A stretch of 64,000 nucleotides of DNA. Origin: Methanobacteriota archaeon. Lineage in GTDB: Archaea > Thermoplasmatota > Poseidoniia > Poseidoniales > Poseidoniaceae. Of this stretch, positions 16,025 to 25,462 are shown one piece after another. Position numbers and translations under genes: made by a program. The notes beneath the pieces were generated by a model. The model was not told the DNA's origin and did no database searches. It saw nothing but the letters and a program-made list of their open reading frames with translations. The stretch is from positions 38,483 to 102,482 of the forward strand of contig WTJK01000043.1 of the NCBI GenBank assembly GCA_011524855.1, in the 5' to 3' direction. How positions within the stretch are numbered: the stretch's first letter is position 1; each line of letters begins with the position of its first letter.

Positions 16025-19000
16025 TCCGATTCAACAACAGTCAGCGGCTGGGGTTGGACCTCGATCGCCACATCGCTCTCGACGCCGGTGCAGGTACTGG
16101 AAAGACCACCGTCATGGCCGAGCGCTACGTCCAGCACCTGATCGCCCACGACCAACGCGCCACGCACGTTACACCACAGGGTCCTCGAACACCTCTCTCA
16201 GGTCATGGAGCATTACGGGCTCCCGCACGAGAACGAACCGAACTCGAGGCATGGCCGGGGTTGCTGCCCTCTGAAGTGGTGGCCATCACGTTCACCAAAA
16301 AAGCAGCAGCTGAACTCAAGGCGCGCATTCGTCATCGCTTGGCACAGTCGAGAGCCACGGCCGTCGCTGCTGACGATGCAGAGGGCGTGTTTGACCCCCG
16401 GCTTCGGTCGGATGCCGATGTGGAGATGCTCTTGTCCTCACTGGACGAGGCACCGATCTCGACCATTGATGCCTTTCTGAACGGGTTGATTCAGCCCCAC
16501 ATCGACCGGGTGACCCTGTACCCATCCTACACGTTTGTCGCTGAAGCGCAAACCCCCGTGATGCTCAACGATGCCCTCCACACGGTTTGGCGCATTCGAT
16601 CGGTGGAGGATGCGCATGAAGCAGGGGTGCTGAACCATCACCAGGCGTTCATTGCAGCAAGAGACCGACTGGTCGCGATGATGGGCGGGCAGGGGCCTGC
16701 TGAAGTGGTGCTGAACGGTTTGATGCAACGGTCGCTTTTTGTTGAACAATCGCACCGTGCCATGATTCAACGGGCGGAAGACCTCGGCCTCCAGTGGAAC
16801 GGACGCGGCCCTGCACCGGTGGCGGTGCTGCTCGACCTCATTGCAGAGCCGGTTCGCAACGACCTGCATGATCACCTTCACGCGCTCCATGCCGATCTCC
16901 GGGCTTGGGTGGATTTGTTCCTCCAACATCACGATCGGTGCGTTGCCCCAGCAGAAACCGATTCGCACTTGACACGGTTCAACCACTTGGTGCGGATGGC
17001 TCACGCCGACCTCCCTCAAACCGTCGGGGCAGGGCTGTCATGGGCTTGGAAACTCAACATGGCCATTGCTTCCGTCTCCGGTTTGAACGCCAAACCGCCG
17101 ACCTTCTTCCCGCGAAATGCACTTCCGAAGGCCGACGGCTGGCCTGCCGGCTTGTTGACGAAGTCCAAGGCGAGCACCGTCGGCATCGGCAAGGAGGGAC
17201 GTGCAGCACTTTACGAACAAGCAGAAGCCTTGCAGGGCCGACTTCGGCGACGGCTTCATGCCCCCTTTGGCTCCTTGGTGAACCTCCTGGCCAAGGCGGC
17301 GTTTCTGATTGAGCCGGGCGACGGCTTCGACGGGATCCCGCTCGACTCGCCCCTGCGATTGGTACCGTTGCGTCACCCTCTGCCCAACGAACCGCCTTCA
17401 TTGGGCACCTACGTGGACGGTGAATTGCAGGCTGAGGTGCTCAGTGACTTGATTGAAGTCCATCGAGCCACCCACCAAATCCTTGCGCGACGGAAATCGC
17501 TGGACGGCCTCCATGATTTCGATGATCTGCAACGGTTTGCAGCCGATGTGTTGTTGGCCCGATGCCCCGATGTGTGTCGACATCGCTACCCACCCGAGGT
17601 CATCGATGCGTTGGATGGCTTGGGCGACGAACCGTGGAGCGACCACCACATCACTCGCGCCCTGACCCTCCTGAACGACCGTCCTGAATTGCAGGCAGAC
17701 TTGCATCAACGCGTGGCCGTGCTGGGCGACATTCGCCGCCAATTCCGTGCGTTCATCATCGACGAATACCAAGACACCAACCCTGCCCACTTTCGGTTGT
17801 TGGCCAGGCTGTGGGGGCGCCGTCATCGGCGGCCTGACGATCCACAGCGTCCCCGAGGGGCGTGGGATCCCACGGTGTGCATCGTGGGTGACATGAAACA
17901 GAGCATCTACCGATTCCGCCAAGCCGAGGTTTCCGTCATGCGCCGTGCGGTGGCGATGATCCGACGTTGCAACCTCGACGAAGCCGATGATGCACGGCTG
18001 AACCATTTGCGACAGGAGGGCCACGGCCGGGACCCTCGGCCGGTGGGTGCAGGCGGTGAAGGCGGTTCGTTCAGCAACGCACATGAAACGAGGGCATCGG
18101 CTCCCCACAGCTTCGTTCCCCTGAATCGGGACGACGGCGAGGAAGGAGCACCCATTTCTGGAGAGCGCCTTCAACGGCGAAGAGAGGGTCATATTGACCT
18201 GACCTCCAACCACCGGACTCGGGCAAACCTGATGGAGACCATGAACGCTTTGTTCGATGAAGTGTTCGACGCACGTCATCATGATTTGCCAGGCGACTGG
18301 CACGCTGAGCCCCAACGTCTGCGACCGGCGCGTTTGACCGAAGAGGGTGGCGTGTTGGAGTGGCTGCTTCCCGTTCAGGGGTCATTGGACACCGTCCCAG
18401 AAGCCCTCGATGAGCCCTTGGACGCCTTTTCCGATCCGCACGCTGCAGCCGTGCATTTGGAGCATGAATTGGTAGCGCAACGCTTGGCGGCCTTGATCGC
18501 CGGTGACACCACCCGCGTCTGGGACGCGGACCTCGCATCGTGGACGGAGTTGGCCGAGGTTGGGCCTCAGGTCCGTCCCTCGGACGTGATGATCCTCGTC
18601 AACTCTCGGCGGCACCTCCCCGACCTTGTCCGTCGATTGCGAGAACGCGGTTTACCGGTCATGGCTGACCGATTGGGGTTGTTGATGACCCAACCCGTGG
18701 TTCAACCGCTTCAGGCGTTGCTCACGCTGATGGCAAAACCCACCTCGAAACTGGCTGCCTTCCAACTCGCTCGGTCGCCGGTGGTGGGGATGTCGGAAGA
18801 CCAAGTGCATGCCTGCCTCTCGGAGATGAGAGAGGGCGACCTTGCGTGGCCGCGTCTGGTTGAACACGCCCCAACACCCGGCACGCAGGCCCTCTTGGCC
18901 CACCTTTGGCAGCGAGCAGGTGCCGGTGCCCTGTACGAGGTGTTTGACGACGTGCTCGATCACTCCGATTTGCTGGCAGCTTACCCCGACGAGGCCGACC

Positions 19001-20952
19001 GTCAGTTTGCAGAAGCGTGGTTCGCCCTGCTTCACGACCTTGGAGGGCAGCACGGTCACGACGTGGCTGCCGTCCAAGCCAACATGGCGAAGTTACGGCA
19101 CTTGGGTCAGCAAGGGCCCAAAGCCATCAGCCCCCCCACCACGGAAGCCATTCAAATCATGACCATCCACGGGTCCAAAGGACTCCAATCCCCCGTCGTT
19201 GTGGTCACGGGGTTGTTCACGGCGGGCAAGGCCGACGCAACGGTGTCCATCCAAGACAACGTCCTTGTGACCCCACAGGCGGTGGCAGGAAGGGTCCAGC
19301 CTTGGCTGGGGGCTCAGCGACCTCAAGACGGGCTTTGGGCGTTCGCCAGCGAGATGAACAAGGCACAGGACAAAGCGGAATTGCGGCGCAAATTCTACGT
19401 TGCCCTGACCCGAGTGAAAGACCGTCTCGTGGTGTCCGGTGCTCCCGGAGATCGCAGTGAATGGGATGAAACCGACGGACGGTTGGCGGTGAACGTCAAA
19501 CCGGATCCCCGGACGATGGGTTACATGCTGATGCAAGGGCTTCGTCATGCGGCCTGGCTGACAAACACACCTCACCCTTTGCTGGTTGAGGCCGATGCTC
19601 TGGATGCAGAGGAGATGCCCCCTTTCTCGGCCAGGCGGGAGACCGTGGCGTTCAACCCGGCGTCCATGGTTTCCACTGCTGCCCTCGGTCCAAACGGTGT
19701 GGAAGGACTTCGAGTGTACCATCACCCCTCGTGCTTTGACCAACCCCCTCCATCTTCGCCTCAGGCACGGGTACGTACCCTTGCCCAACGGCTTGCCTCT
19801 GCTCCTCCCTCAGAACCCAGCGGTCCACGCTCACCTCCACCGACGGTTGCGGTGATGAAGGGTGCAGCGCACCATTTGGACACCACCTCGGCGTGCCCGC
19901 GTCGCTACTGGCTGGAACACGTCAAAGGATGGCCCACCGAGCCGATGTGGTTGCCCGGGCGACCCCGCCCTCCAGCACACCAGCGCGGCTGGCCGGAAGC
20001 CACCACGTTCGGCCTCATGATGCACCGTTTGCTGGAAATCGGCCTCAGGAACCCGTGCTCCATCCACGCATCCTCCTCGCCGTTGTCTCCGGACTGGTTG
20101 CATGAGGGTGAGGACCGATTGACCGATGAAGGAGCGTTAAGCGAGGTCATGCATGAATTCGGTTTTGGGACGGAGCAGGAGGAGGGGTCCGACGAAGCGG
20201 CGTGGCGTGTCCGCTTGAGCCACCTCTCCTCGTTGGTGCAACGTGGACGACTCGGCCGGATGCTGAACGGTGAACCCATCGACGGTCTTCGCGTTGAGGC
20301 TGTCCGGACCGAGTTGCCGTTTTTCCATCGCTACGGTTTGCCGGTCGAACATCGCAACACGGCGGCGTTCGCCGCTCCGCTGCATGTCACCTCGGTGACG
20401 ATGGATTTCAGCGGTCGTGCTGATTTGGTCCTGGCGTTGACCGATGGCGATGGGCCGGGTTACCTCCGTGTGGTGGACCTGAAGACCACGGGGTGCTTGG
20501 GTTCGTTCAACCCATCATCCTCTGCAGCCGGCCACCCGCTGCAAGCGTGCGGTCCTGAAACCGTTGATTTGGAACCCCAAAACGAGGCTGAGACCGATCT
20601 CTTGGAGAAGCACCGCTTGCAACTGACGCTCTATTCGCTGGCGCTGGAAGCCATGGAAAGGAACAAACCTGAGGGACAACGGCGGACGGTCCTCCCCCCA
20701 GCGGTGCTGGTGGGCGCCAACGGCCGAACGGTGGCGCTTGACGACGCCCAGTTTGAACGTGCAAAAACCGAACTTGATGCCCATCTGGCATGGCGAGCTC
20801 GCCTGCACCTCGAGGCTACCCCGGAAGCGCCCCGCCGCCTCCCCGTGGGCGCCGACGCTTGTGGGTCCTGTCCCTATCAGCGAGGGCACGTGCGTCGATG
20901 CGGGCCTGAAGGAGAACCGCTTGGCGTGGGCCCCTTCACTTCTGACCCATGA
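16021..20952 (+). CDS. addA: AddA/RexA-like UvrD-family SF1 helicase fused to PD-(D/E)XK nuclease (1,643 aa)
   Basis: Helicase motifs occur in order: 'DAGAGTGKTT' (I), 'ITFTKKAAAELKARI' (Ia), 'IIDEYQDTN' (II), 'VGDMKQSIYRFRQA' (III), 'LTSNHRT' (IV), 'TIHGSKGLQSPVVVV' (V), 'FYVALTRVKDRLVVSG' (VI). The C-terminal nuclease shows 'SACPRRYWLEHV', 'LRVVDLKT', 'QLTLYSLAL', 'CGSCPYQRGHVRRC'. Confidence 0.75.
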   Translation: MIRFNNSQRLGLDLDRHIALDAGAGTGKTTVMAERYVQHLIAHDQRATHVTPQGPRTPLSGHGALRAPARERTELEAWPGLLPSEVVAITFTKKAAAELKARIRHRLAQSRATAVAADDAEGVFDPRLRSDADVEMLLSSLDEAPISTIDAFLNGLIQPHIDRVTLYPSYTFVAEAQTPVMLNDALHTVWRIRSVEDAHEAGVLNHHQAFIAARDRLVAMMGGQGPAEVVLNGLMQRSLFVEQSHRAMIQRAEDLGLQWNGRGPAPVAVLLDLIAEPVRNDLHDHLHALHADLRAWVDLFLQHHDRCVAPAETDSHLTRFNHLVRMAHADLPQTVGAGLSWAWKLNMAIASVSGLNAKPPTFFPRNALPKADGWPAGLLTKSKASTVGIGKEGRAALYEQAEALQGRLRRRLHAPFGSLVNLLAKAAFLIEPGDGFDGIPLDSPLRLVPLRHPLPNEPPSLGTYVDGELQAEVLSDLIEVHRATHQILARRKSLDGLHDFDDLQRFAADVLLARCPDVCRHRYPPEVIDALDGLGDEPWSDHHITRALTLLNDRPELQADLHQRVAVLGDIRRQFRAFIIDEYQDTNPAHFRLLARLWGRRHRRPDDPQRPRGAWDPTVCIVGDMKQSIYRFRQAEVSVMRRAVAMIRRCNLDEADDARLNHLRQEGHGRDPRPVGAGGEGGSFSNAHETRASAPHSFVPLNRDDGEEGAPISGERLQRRREGHIDLTSNHRTRANLMETMNALFDEVFDARHHDLPGDWHAEPQRLRPARLTEEGGVLEWLLPVQGSLDTVPEALDEPLDAFSDPHAAAVHLEHELVAQRLAALIAGDTTRVWDADLASWTELAEVGPQVRPSDVMILVNSRRHLPDLVRRLRERGLPVMADRLGLLMTQPVVQPLQALLTLMAKPTSKLAAFQLARSPVVGMSEDQVHACLSEMREGDLAWPRLVEHAPTPGTQALLAHLWQRAGAGALYEVFDDVLDHSDLLAAYPDEADRQFAEAWFALLHDLGGQHGHDVAAVQANMAKLRHLGQQGPKAISPPTTEAIQIMTIHGSKGLQSPVVVVTGLFTAGKADATVSIQDNVLVTPQAVAGRVQPWLGAQRPQDGLWAFASEMNKAQDKAELRRKFYVALTRVKDRLVVSGAPGDRSEWDETDGRLAVNVKPDPRTMGYMLMQGLRHAAWLTNTPHPLLVEADALDAEEMPPFSARRETVAFNPASMVSTAALGPNGVEGLRVYHHPSCFDQPPPSSPQARVRTLAQRLASAPPSEPSGPRSPPPTVAVMKGAAHHLDTTSACPRRYWLEHVKGWPTEPMWLPGRPRPPAHQRGWPEATTFGLMMHRLLEIGLRNPCSIHASSSPLSPDWLHEGEDRLTDEGALSEVMHEFGFGTEQEEGSDEAAWRVRLSHLSSLVQRGRLGRMLNGEPIDGLRVEAVRTELPFFHRYGLPVEHRNTAAFAAPLHVTSVTMDFSGRADLVLALTDGDGPGYLRVVDLKTTGCLGSFNPSSSAAGHPLQACGPETVDLEPQNEAETDLLEKHRLQLTLYSLALEAMERNKPEGQRRTVLPPAVLVGANGRTVALDDAQFERAKTELDAHLAWRARLHLEATPEAPRRLPVGADACGSCPYQRGHVRRCGPEGEPLGVGPFTSDP

Positions 20953-21550
20953 GCACCAACGTGCCTGCCCAACCGTCCTTTGCACCGGTTTGAAACGCCT
21001 TCACGTTGCGGAACCCCGCGTCGTTCATGCCATCGACCCAAGCATCCATGCTGTGCATGGCCATGTGAACGTTGAGCGAACCCGACCAGTCATGACAGGC
21101 TTCGTTTTCGGCGTAGTGATCAACACCGATCACCGCCCAACCGTCGTCGTTCAGCCAAGCATTGCGCAACGTGTGAAGAAAGCCCATGGGGTCCTGAAGG
21201 TAGTACAGCACTTCCATGCTGTGGACCAGATCAACGGGCGCTTCCGGGTGCCATTCGGGCAGCATGGCCAGCGTGTAATCACCCTCGGGGTCGATGGCCT
21301 TGGCCTTGTCAATCATCGTCACGGCACCGTCAACGCCCGAGGCATGTTGGCACGCCTCGAGCCCATTGAGCCGGCGCACCACCCAACCGTTCCCGCAACC
21401 AACATCGATGGCGTTGAACCCCGGGTTGAGGTTTGGCAGGACGGCCTCCAACATGGCTTCCACGCTAGCGGTGTGACCCTTTTCCATGCCTTCGTCACGG
21501 CCTGATGCCGCCCAATCACTGAACAAATCGGTTGCTGTCCGCTGTGCCAT
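20936..21550 (-). CDS. Class I SAM-dependent methyltransferase
   Basis: SAM motif I 'AIDVGCGNGW' and 'VHSMEVLYYL'. The second ATG (21550) is preferred over the track start 21601. The 3' end overlaps the convergent addA-like gene by 17 nt. Confidence 0.7.
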   Translation of the reverse strand: MAQRTATDLFSDWAASGRDEGMEKGHTASVEAMLEAVLPNLNPGFNAIDVGCGNGWVVRRLNGLEACQHASGVDGAVTMIDKAKAIDPEGDYTLAMLPEWHPEAPVDLVHSMEVLYYLQDPMGFLHTLRNAWLNDDGWAVIGVDHYAENEACHDWSGSLNVHMAMHSMDAWVDGMNDAGFRNVKAFQTGAKDGWAGTLVLMGQK

Positions 21551-21573
21551 GGTTGGGCCAACCGCAGGTTCTC

Positions 21574-21579
21574 CATCAA
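21574..21579 (-). promoter_or_regulatory. putative TATA-like box TTGATG, 29 nt upstream of ATG 21550
   Basis: Plus strand reads catcaa. On the minus strand TTGATG starts at 21579. Confidence 0.35.
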
Positions 21580-21599
21580 ATTGTGCATGGGAAAGGCAC

Positions 21600-22589
21600 A
21601 TGGTGGCTCAGCGCTCGTGGCCCTTCATGCTCGACGTAACCACCACCTTGGACGATGTTCTCTACCCGCCGCATGAACCGCACACGACCGGTCGATTGGA
21701 GGTCAGTGACCTCCACACCGTGGCCTGGGAGGCGAGCGGTAACCCGAACGGCATCCCCGTTGTTGTGCTCCACGGTGGTCCGGGTGGTGGCGCTCAACCG
21801 TCGTACCGCCGCTATTTCGACCCGGCGGCCTTCAACATCGTTCAGTTCGACCAGCGGGGTTGCGGTGCTTCCACCCCACACGCCGAGCTGACGGACAACA
21901 CAACGCATCATCTGGTGGAGGACATCGAAACATTGCGTGCACACCTTGGCATTGAGACCTGGCATGTCTTCGGTGGGTCATGGGGATCAACGCTCTCCAT
22001 GATGTATGCCCTCCATCACCCCGAGCGCGTGCGTTCGTTGGTGCTTCGAGGTATTTTCATGTGCCGCAAAAGCGAGCTGCACTGGTTCTATCAGGACGGA
22101 GCCAGCCACATGTTCCCCGATGCGTTTGCGCCGTACCGCGATCACATTCCAAGCGAGGAACAGGGCGATCTGATCGCTGCGTACTACCGGCGTCTGACCA
22201 GCGAAGACGTGAGCATCCGACGAGCAGCAGCGAAGGAGTGGACGCGATGGGAAATGGCCACCAGCCGACTGTTTCCCGATCCGAGTTACCTCGACAAAGC
22301 CGAGGACCTCGATTTTGCTGTCGCTTTCGCTCGTATCGAGTGCCATTACTTCATCAACGCCATTTTTGTTGAAGAGGCTTACATTCTCAACCGGGCGGAG
22401 CGATTGGCGAACATCCCGACGGTCATCGTCCAAGGGCGCTACGATGTGGTCTGCCCGCCGCGCAGTGCGTGGGAACTCCATCAGGCGCTTCCACAAAGTC
22501 AGCTGGTGATGGTGCCCGATGCAGGACACTCAATGGGTGAGGTCAGCATCGCTCGGGAGTTGGTCAAGGCCACCAACGATCTCCGATGA
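21600..22589 (+). CDS. pip: Proline iminopeptidase (alpha/beta hydrolase, S33)
   Basis: 'LYPPHEPHTTGRLEVSDLHTVAWEASGNPNGIPVVVLHGGPGGG', nucleophile elbow 'GGSWGSTL', 'PDAGHS'. The track start 21486 would overlap the divergent methyltransferase. ATG 21600 (or 21627) is more plausible. Confidence 0.85.
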   Translation: MVAQRSWPFMLDVTTTLDDVLYPPHEPHTTGRLEVSDLHTVAWEASGNPNGIPVVVLHGGPGGGAQPSYRRYFDPAAFNIVQFDQRGCGASTPHAELTDNTTHHLVEDIETLRAHLGIETWHVFGGSWGSTLSMMYALHHPERVRSLVLRGIFMCRKSELHWFYQDGASHMFPDAFAPYRDHIPSEEQGDLIAAYYRRLTSEDVSIRRAAAKEWTRWEMATSRLFPDPSYLDKAEDLDFAVAFARIECHYFINAIFVEEAYILNRAERLANIPTVIVQGRYDVVCPPRSAWELHQALPQSQLVMVPDAGHSMGEVSIARELVKATNDLR

Positions 22590-22685
22590 GGCACCGCGTT
22601 GCGGCCCTACCCGGTCCAGTCAGGCGTCGGCTTGATAGGGAGGGGACCACTCGCGGTAAACGGAGCCTTGGGCTCGGGTGATTCA

Positions 22686-23483
22686 ATGACGGAAGGTACG
22701 CTGACGCCAGATGTGCTCATCAAGCAACTCGAAGAGGCGTTGGCCACCGAAACCGACCGCCTGCAGAAATTGTTCGCTGCGTATGAAACGCAAGAGAAGG
22801 AACTGGTCGATGCACGAGCAGAAATTGAAGTGCTCGAAAAGGAGATCATCGACCGAGAAATCGAGAAGGAATCCCTTGAATCCATCATCGCAGAGAAAGA
22901 TGTTCGTGTGCGTGAGTTGGAGATGCGAGCCACCAAGGCCTCGAAGCGGGTCGAGCACCTGGAACCGGAGCTTGACAAGATGGAAGAGAAGTACTCCCGC
23001 GAAAAGGACCGGTTGGGGAAGGTCTTCGGCATCGCAGAGGAACTTGACAACGACCTTCGCATGGCCGTCACGGAAATGAAAGCCCGTGACGACTGGTACG
23101 TTGACCACATGCAAATCTTCGAAGATCTCAACAAAGCCATCAAAGAACGCTACGACATGATCGAGCGCGCCGTCGAGGCCGAGCGAAAATCGCAGCACAT
23201 GACCCGTGTGTTCGCTGAACGCTTGGAAGAGATGGTGGAGGCCCGTTCCCAAGAGACACAGGACGAGGAGACCGAATCCGAGACGCCTGAAGCACCCGCC
23301 GAGGAGGCCACGGAGGCTTCGAACGAAGCCGACGCCGATGACCAACCCGTGGATGAGGAAGCGCCCGAAGAGGATGCGCCATCCGAAGACGAAGCGAGCG
23401 ACGCCGAAGATACCCCTGACGAACCCGAGGAGGCACCCGCTTCTTGGGGCGATGAAACCGACCCTTGGTCGTCTGACGCTTAG
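22686..23483 (+). CDS. Coiled-coil protein with strongly acidic C-terminal tail
   Basis: Heptad-like E/K/L-rich sequence ('LEKEIIDREIEKESLESIIAEKDVRVRELEMRATKASKRVEHLEPELDKMEEKY') and a tail 'EASNEADADDQPVDEEAPEEDAPSEDEASDAEDTPDEPEE'. SD-like GGGTGAT lies 5 nt before ATG 22686. The track start 22599 is a TTG. Confidence 0.6.
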   Translation: MTEGTLTPDVLIKQLEEALATETDRLQKLFAAYETQEKELVDARAEIEVLEKEIIDREIEKESLESIIAEKDVRVRELEMRATKASKRVEHLEPELDKMEEKYSREKDRLGKVFGIAEELDNDLRMAVTEMKARDDWYVDHMQIFEDLNKAIKERYDMIERAVEAERKSQHMTRVFAERLEEMVEARSQETQDEETESETPEAPAEEATEASNEADADDQPVDEEAPEEDAPSEDEASDAEDTPDEPEEAPASWGDETDPWSSDA

Positions 23484-23493
23484 GTGAGAGCCG

Positions 23494-24360
23494 ATGGGAT
23501 TGTTGGCCCCGGGTGGCCAAGTTCACGTGGTGATGCTGACCTTCATGGGCGTTTCAGCCTTGGTTGTCGGGGCAGTGATTGACCCCGTAGCAGGCCTTGT
23601 CCCGCTCCTTGGCATGTCGTGCCTGATGATGGCGACCTTCGTGGCGTATTTTTGGCGCGACCCTGACCGCCCCATCCCCAAAACCAACGGCATTTTGCTT
23701 TCCCCGGCAGACGGGCGACTGATGTTTGTGGCCCGTGAGCGTGCGACGGGACGACGACCGAGTGAAGCCGAGGTGGCGACGGGGTCGGTGGAAACGGATT
23801 CCTTCACGGGTGATTGGTGGCCTCAACCCCTCGAACGGCCGCTGATGTTCTCCACCGAACAGCGTTTTGAAGCTGTTCCAGCAGGTGAGGAGCAACCCAC
23901 GGATGTATGGCGGGCGGCCGTGTTCATGTCGCCGTTGGACGTTCACGTGAACCGGGCCCCGGAGGCCGGTCAGCTCGAACGTCTGGAACTTCGCCGGGGC
24001 AAGGGACGACGACGCGGACCGTTTCGCCCTGCGATGCGAAAGGAGAGCGAGTGGAACGAGCGCGTACGCTCGGTGTTTCTGCTCAACGACGGTGTGAGGA
24101 TTGAGGTCACGCAGATCGCCGGGGCACTCGCTCGGAGCATCGTTCCGTACCTGTACCTCGATGAACCCGTTCGCCGAGGTCAGCGAATTGGCATGATTCG
24201 GCTGGGTTCCCGGGTTGATGTTCGCGTTCCAGCGGCGCATTTCGAGCCGTCGGGACTCGTTGCGGCTTCCGACAACGATCCTGAACACCCAAAGGGCCAG
24301 CAGGTCACCGCTGGGCGAACAACGCTTTTCCGTTCGGTCCCTTCGGCAGAGGGTGAGTGA
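23494..24360 (+). CDS. psd: Phosphatidylserine (archaetidylserine) decarboxylase-like proenzyme
   Basis: N-terminal TM helices, 'FMSPLDVHVNRAP' and 'MIRLGSRVDV' (an LGS-type self-cleavage site region). Confidence 0.7.
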   Translation: MGLLAPGGQVHVVMLTFMGVSALVVGAVIDPVAGLVPLLGMSCLMMATFVAYFWRDPDRPIPKTNGILLSPADGRLMFVARERATGRRPSEAEVATGSVETDSFTGDWWPQPLERPLMFSTEQRFEAVPAGEEQPTDVWRAAVFMSPLDVHVNRAPEAGQLERLELRRGKGRRRGPFRPAMRKESEWNERVRSVFLLNDGVRIEVTQIAGALARSIVPYLYLDEPVRRGQRIGMIRLGSRVDVRVPAAHFEPSGLVAASDNDPEHPKGQQVTAGRTTLFRSVPSAEGE

Positions 24361-24362
24361 CC

Positions 24363-25430
24363 ATGTGGAAGCGAACCCTTCCTGCCCTCTTGTTGCTGAT
24401 GGTCATCGCTTCGCCGCTCGTGTACTACCAGGCCGGTAATTTGGTCTACACCCAGGCTGCGGCCTCCAACCCGGCATGTTCGGGTCACGCCGAACGCAAC
24501 TCACCGGGGGCGTTCAGCGTGGAACTTTGGCACGAGGACGTGAACAACGTCACGCATCAGAAAAACGACACGCTCGCCTCCAACCTCGAGCCCTTGTGGT
24601 TCACCTCTTGGGCCAACGTGACCGTTCAGGTCCCCGGTGAATCCATCGATCTTGCAGGATGGGTCATGGAGCACAACGCATCCCAACCTTGGGTCATCCT
24701 CGTTCACGGTATTCGGTCCTGCAAAGCGAACCATGAGGTGCTGATTCCGGCGGCATGGTTGCATCAAGCGGGTTTCAACGTGATGTTGTTTGACATGCGA
24801 GACCACGGCGACAGCACGGTGGAAGACGGCTTGGTATCGGCGGGTCAACGCGAATATCGAGATCTTCTCGCTGTCTGGCAGTGGCTGCAGGATGAACGCA
24901 GTGCTGCACCAGAGCGCATCGGTGTGCTTGGTGTATCCATGGGGGCCGGTACCGCGGCGATTGCCTTCGGCGAAGAATCGGGTCTGCAAGCGGTGTTCCT
25001 CGAGTCGCCGTTTTCATCGATGGGCTCCATCATTGAGGAAGAACTGGCCTTTGCAGGCTTCCCACCGTTCCTCAAGGACGCCGCTGTGTTTGCGGGGAAG
25101 GTTTCCTCGGGCGATGATTTGGTCAAGCGGGAACCCATCGAAGCCATGGAACGCGTTGGCGACCGTTCCGTGTTCATCACGCAAAGCCTCGAGGACGTGC
25201 GCATCAACATCCATCACGGACAAGCCATGTGCGACGCTGCCAACGAGCACGTGGGAGCCAACGGGTCGGTCGAATGTTGGTTTGATTCGTCCGCTGTGGC
25301 TCACAACGACCGCAACGAATCCGGTGTGCTCTCCCACGTGACGTTGATGTTGACCCAACCCGAGACGTACCGCAACAAATTGGTGAATTTCTTTGAGGCG
25401 GCTTTGGCCACACCTCCGGCGGTGGTTTGA
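24363..25430 (+). CDS. Secreted/membrane-anchored alpha/beta hydrolase (S9/dienelactone-hydrolase-like)
   Basis: N-terminal hydrophobic 'MWKRTLPALLLLMVIASPLV', 'VILVHGIRS', nucleophile elbow 'GVSMGAG'. SD-like GGGTGAG precedes ATG 24363. The track GTG 24357 overlaps the psd stop codon. Confidence 0.7.
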   Translation: MWKRTLPALLLLMVIASPLVYYQAGNLVYTQAAASNPACSGHAERNSPGAFSVELWHEDVNNVTHQKNDTLASNLEPLWFTSWANVTVQVPGESIDLAGWVMEHNASQPWVILVHGIRSCKANHEVLIPAAWLHQAGFNVMLFDMRDHGDSTVEDGLVSAGQREYRDLLAVWQWLQDERSAAPERIGVLGVSMGAGTAAIAFGEESGLQAVFLESPFSSMGSIIEEELAFAGFPPFLKDAAVFAGKVSSGDDLVKREPIEAMERVGDRSVFITQSLEDVRINIHHGQAMCDAANEHVGANGSVECWFDSSAVAHNDRNESGVLSHVTLMLTQPETYRNKLVNFFEAALATPPAVV

Positions 25431-25462
25431 TACCCTCCACGCCGACGCACGGACGGTTGAAG

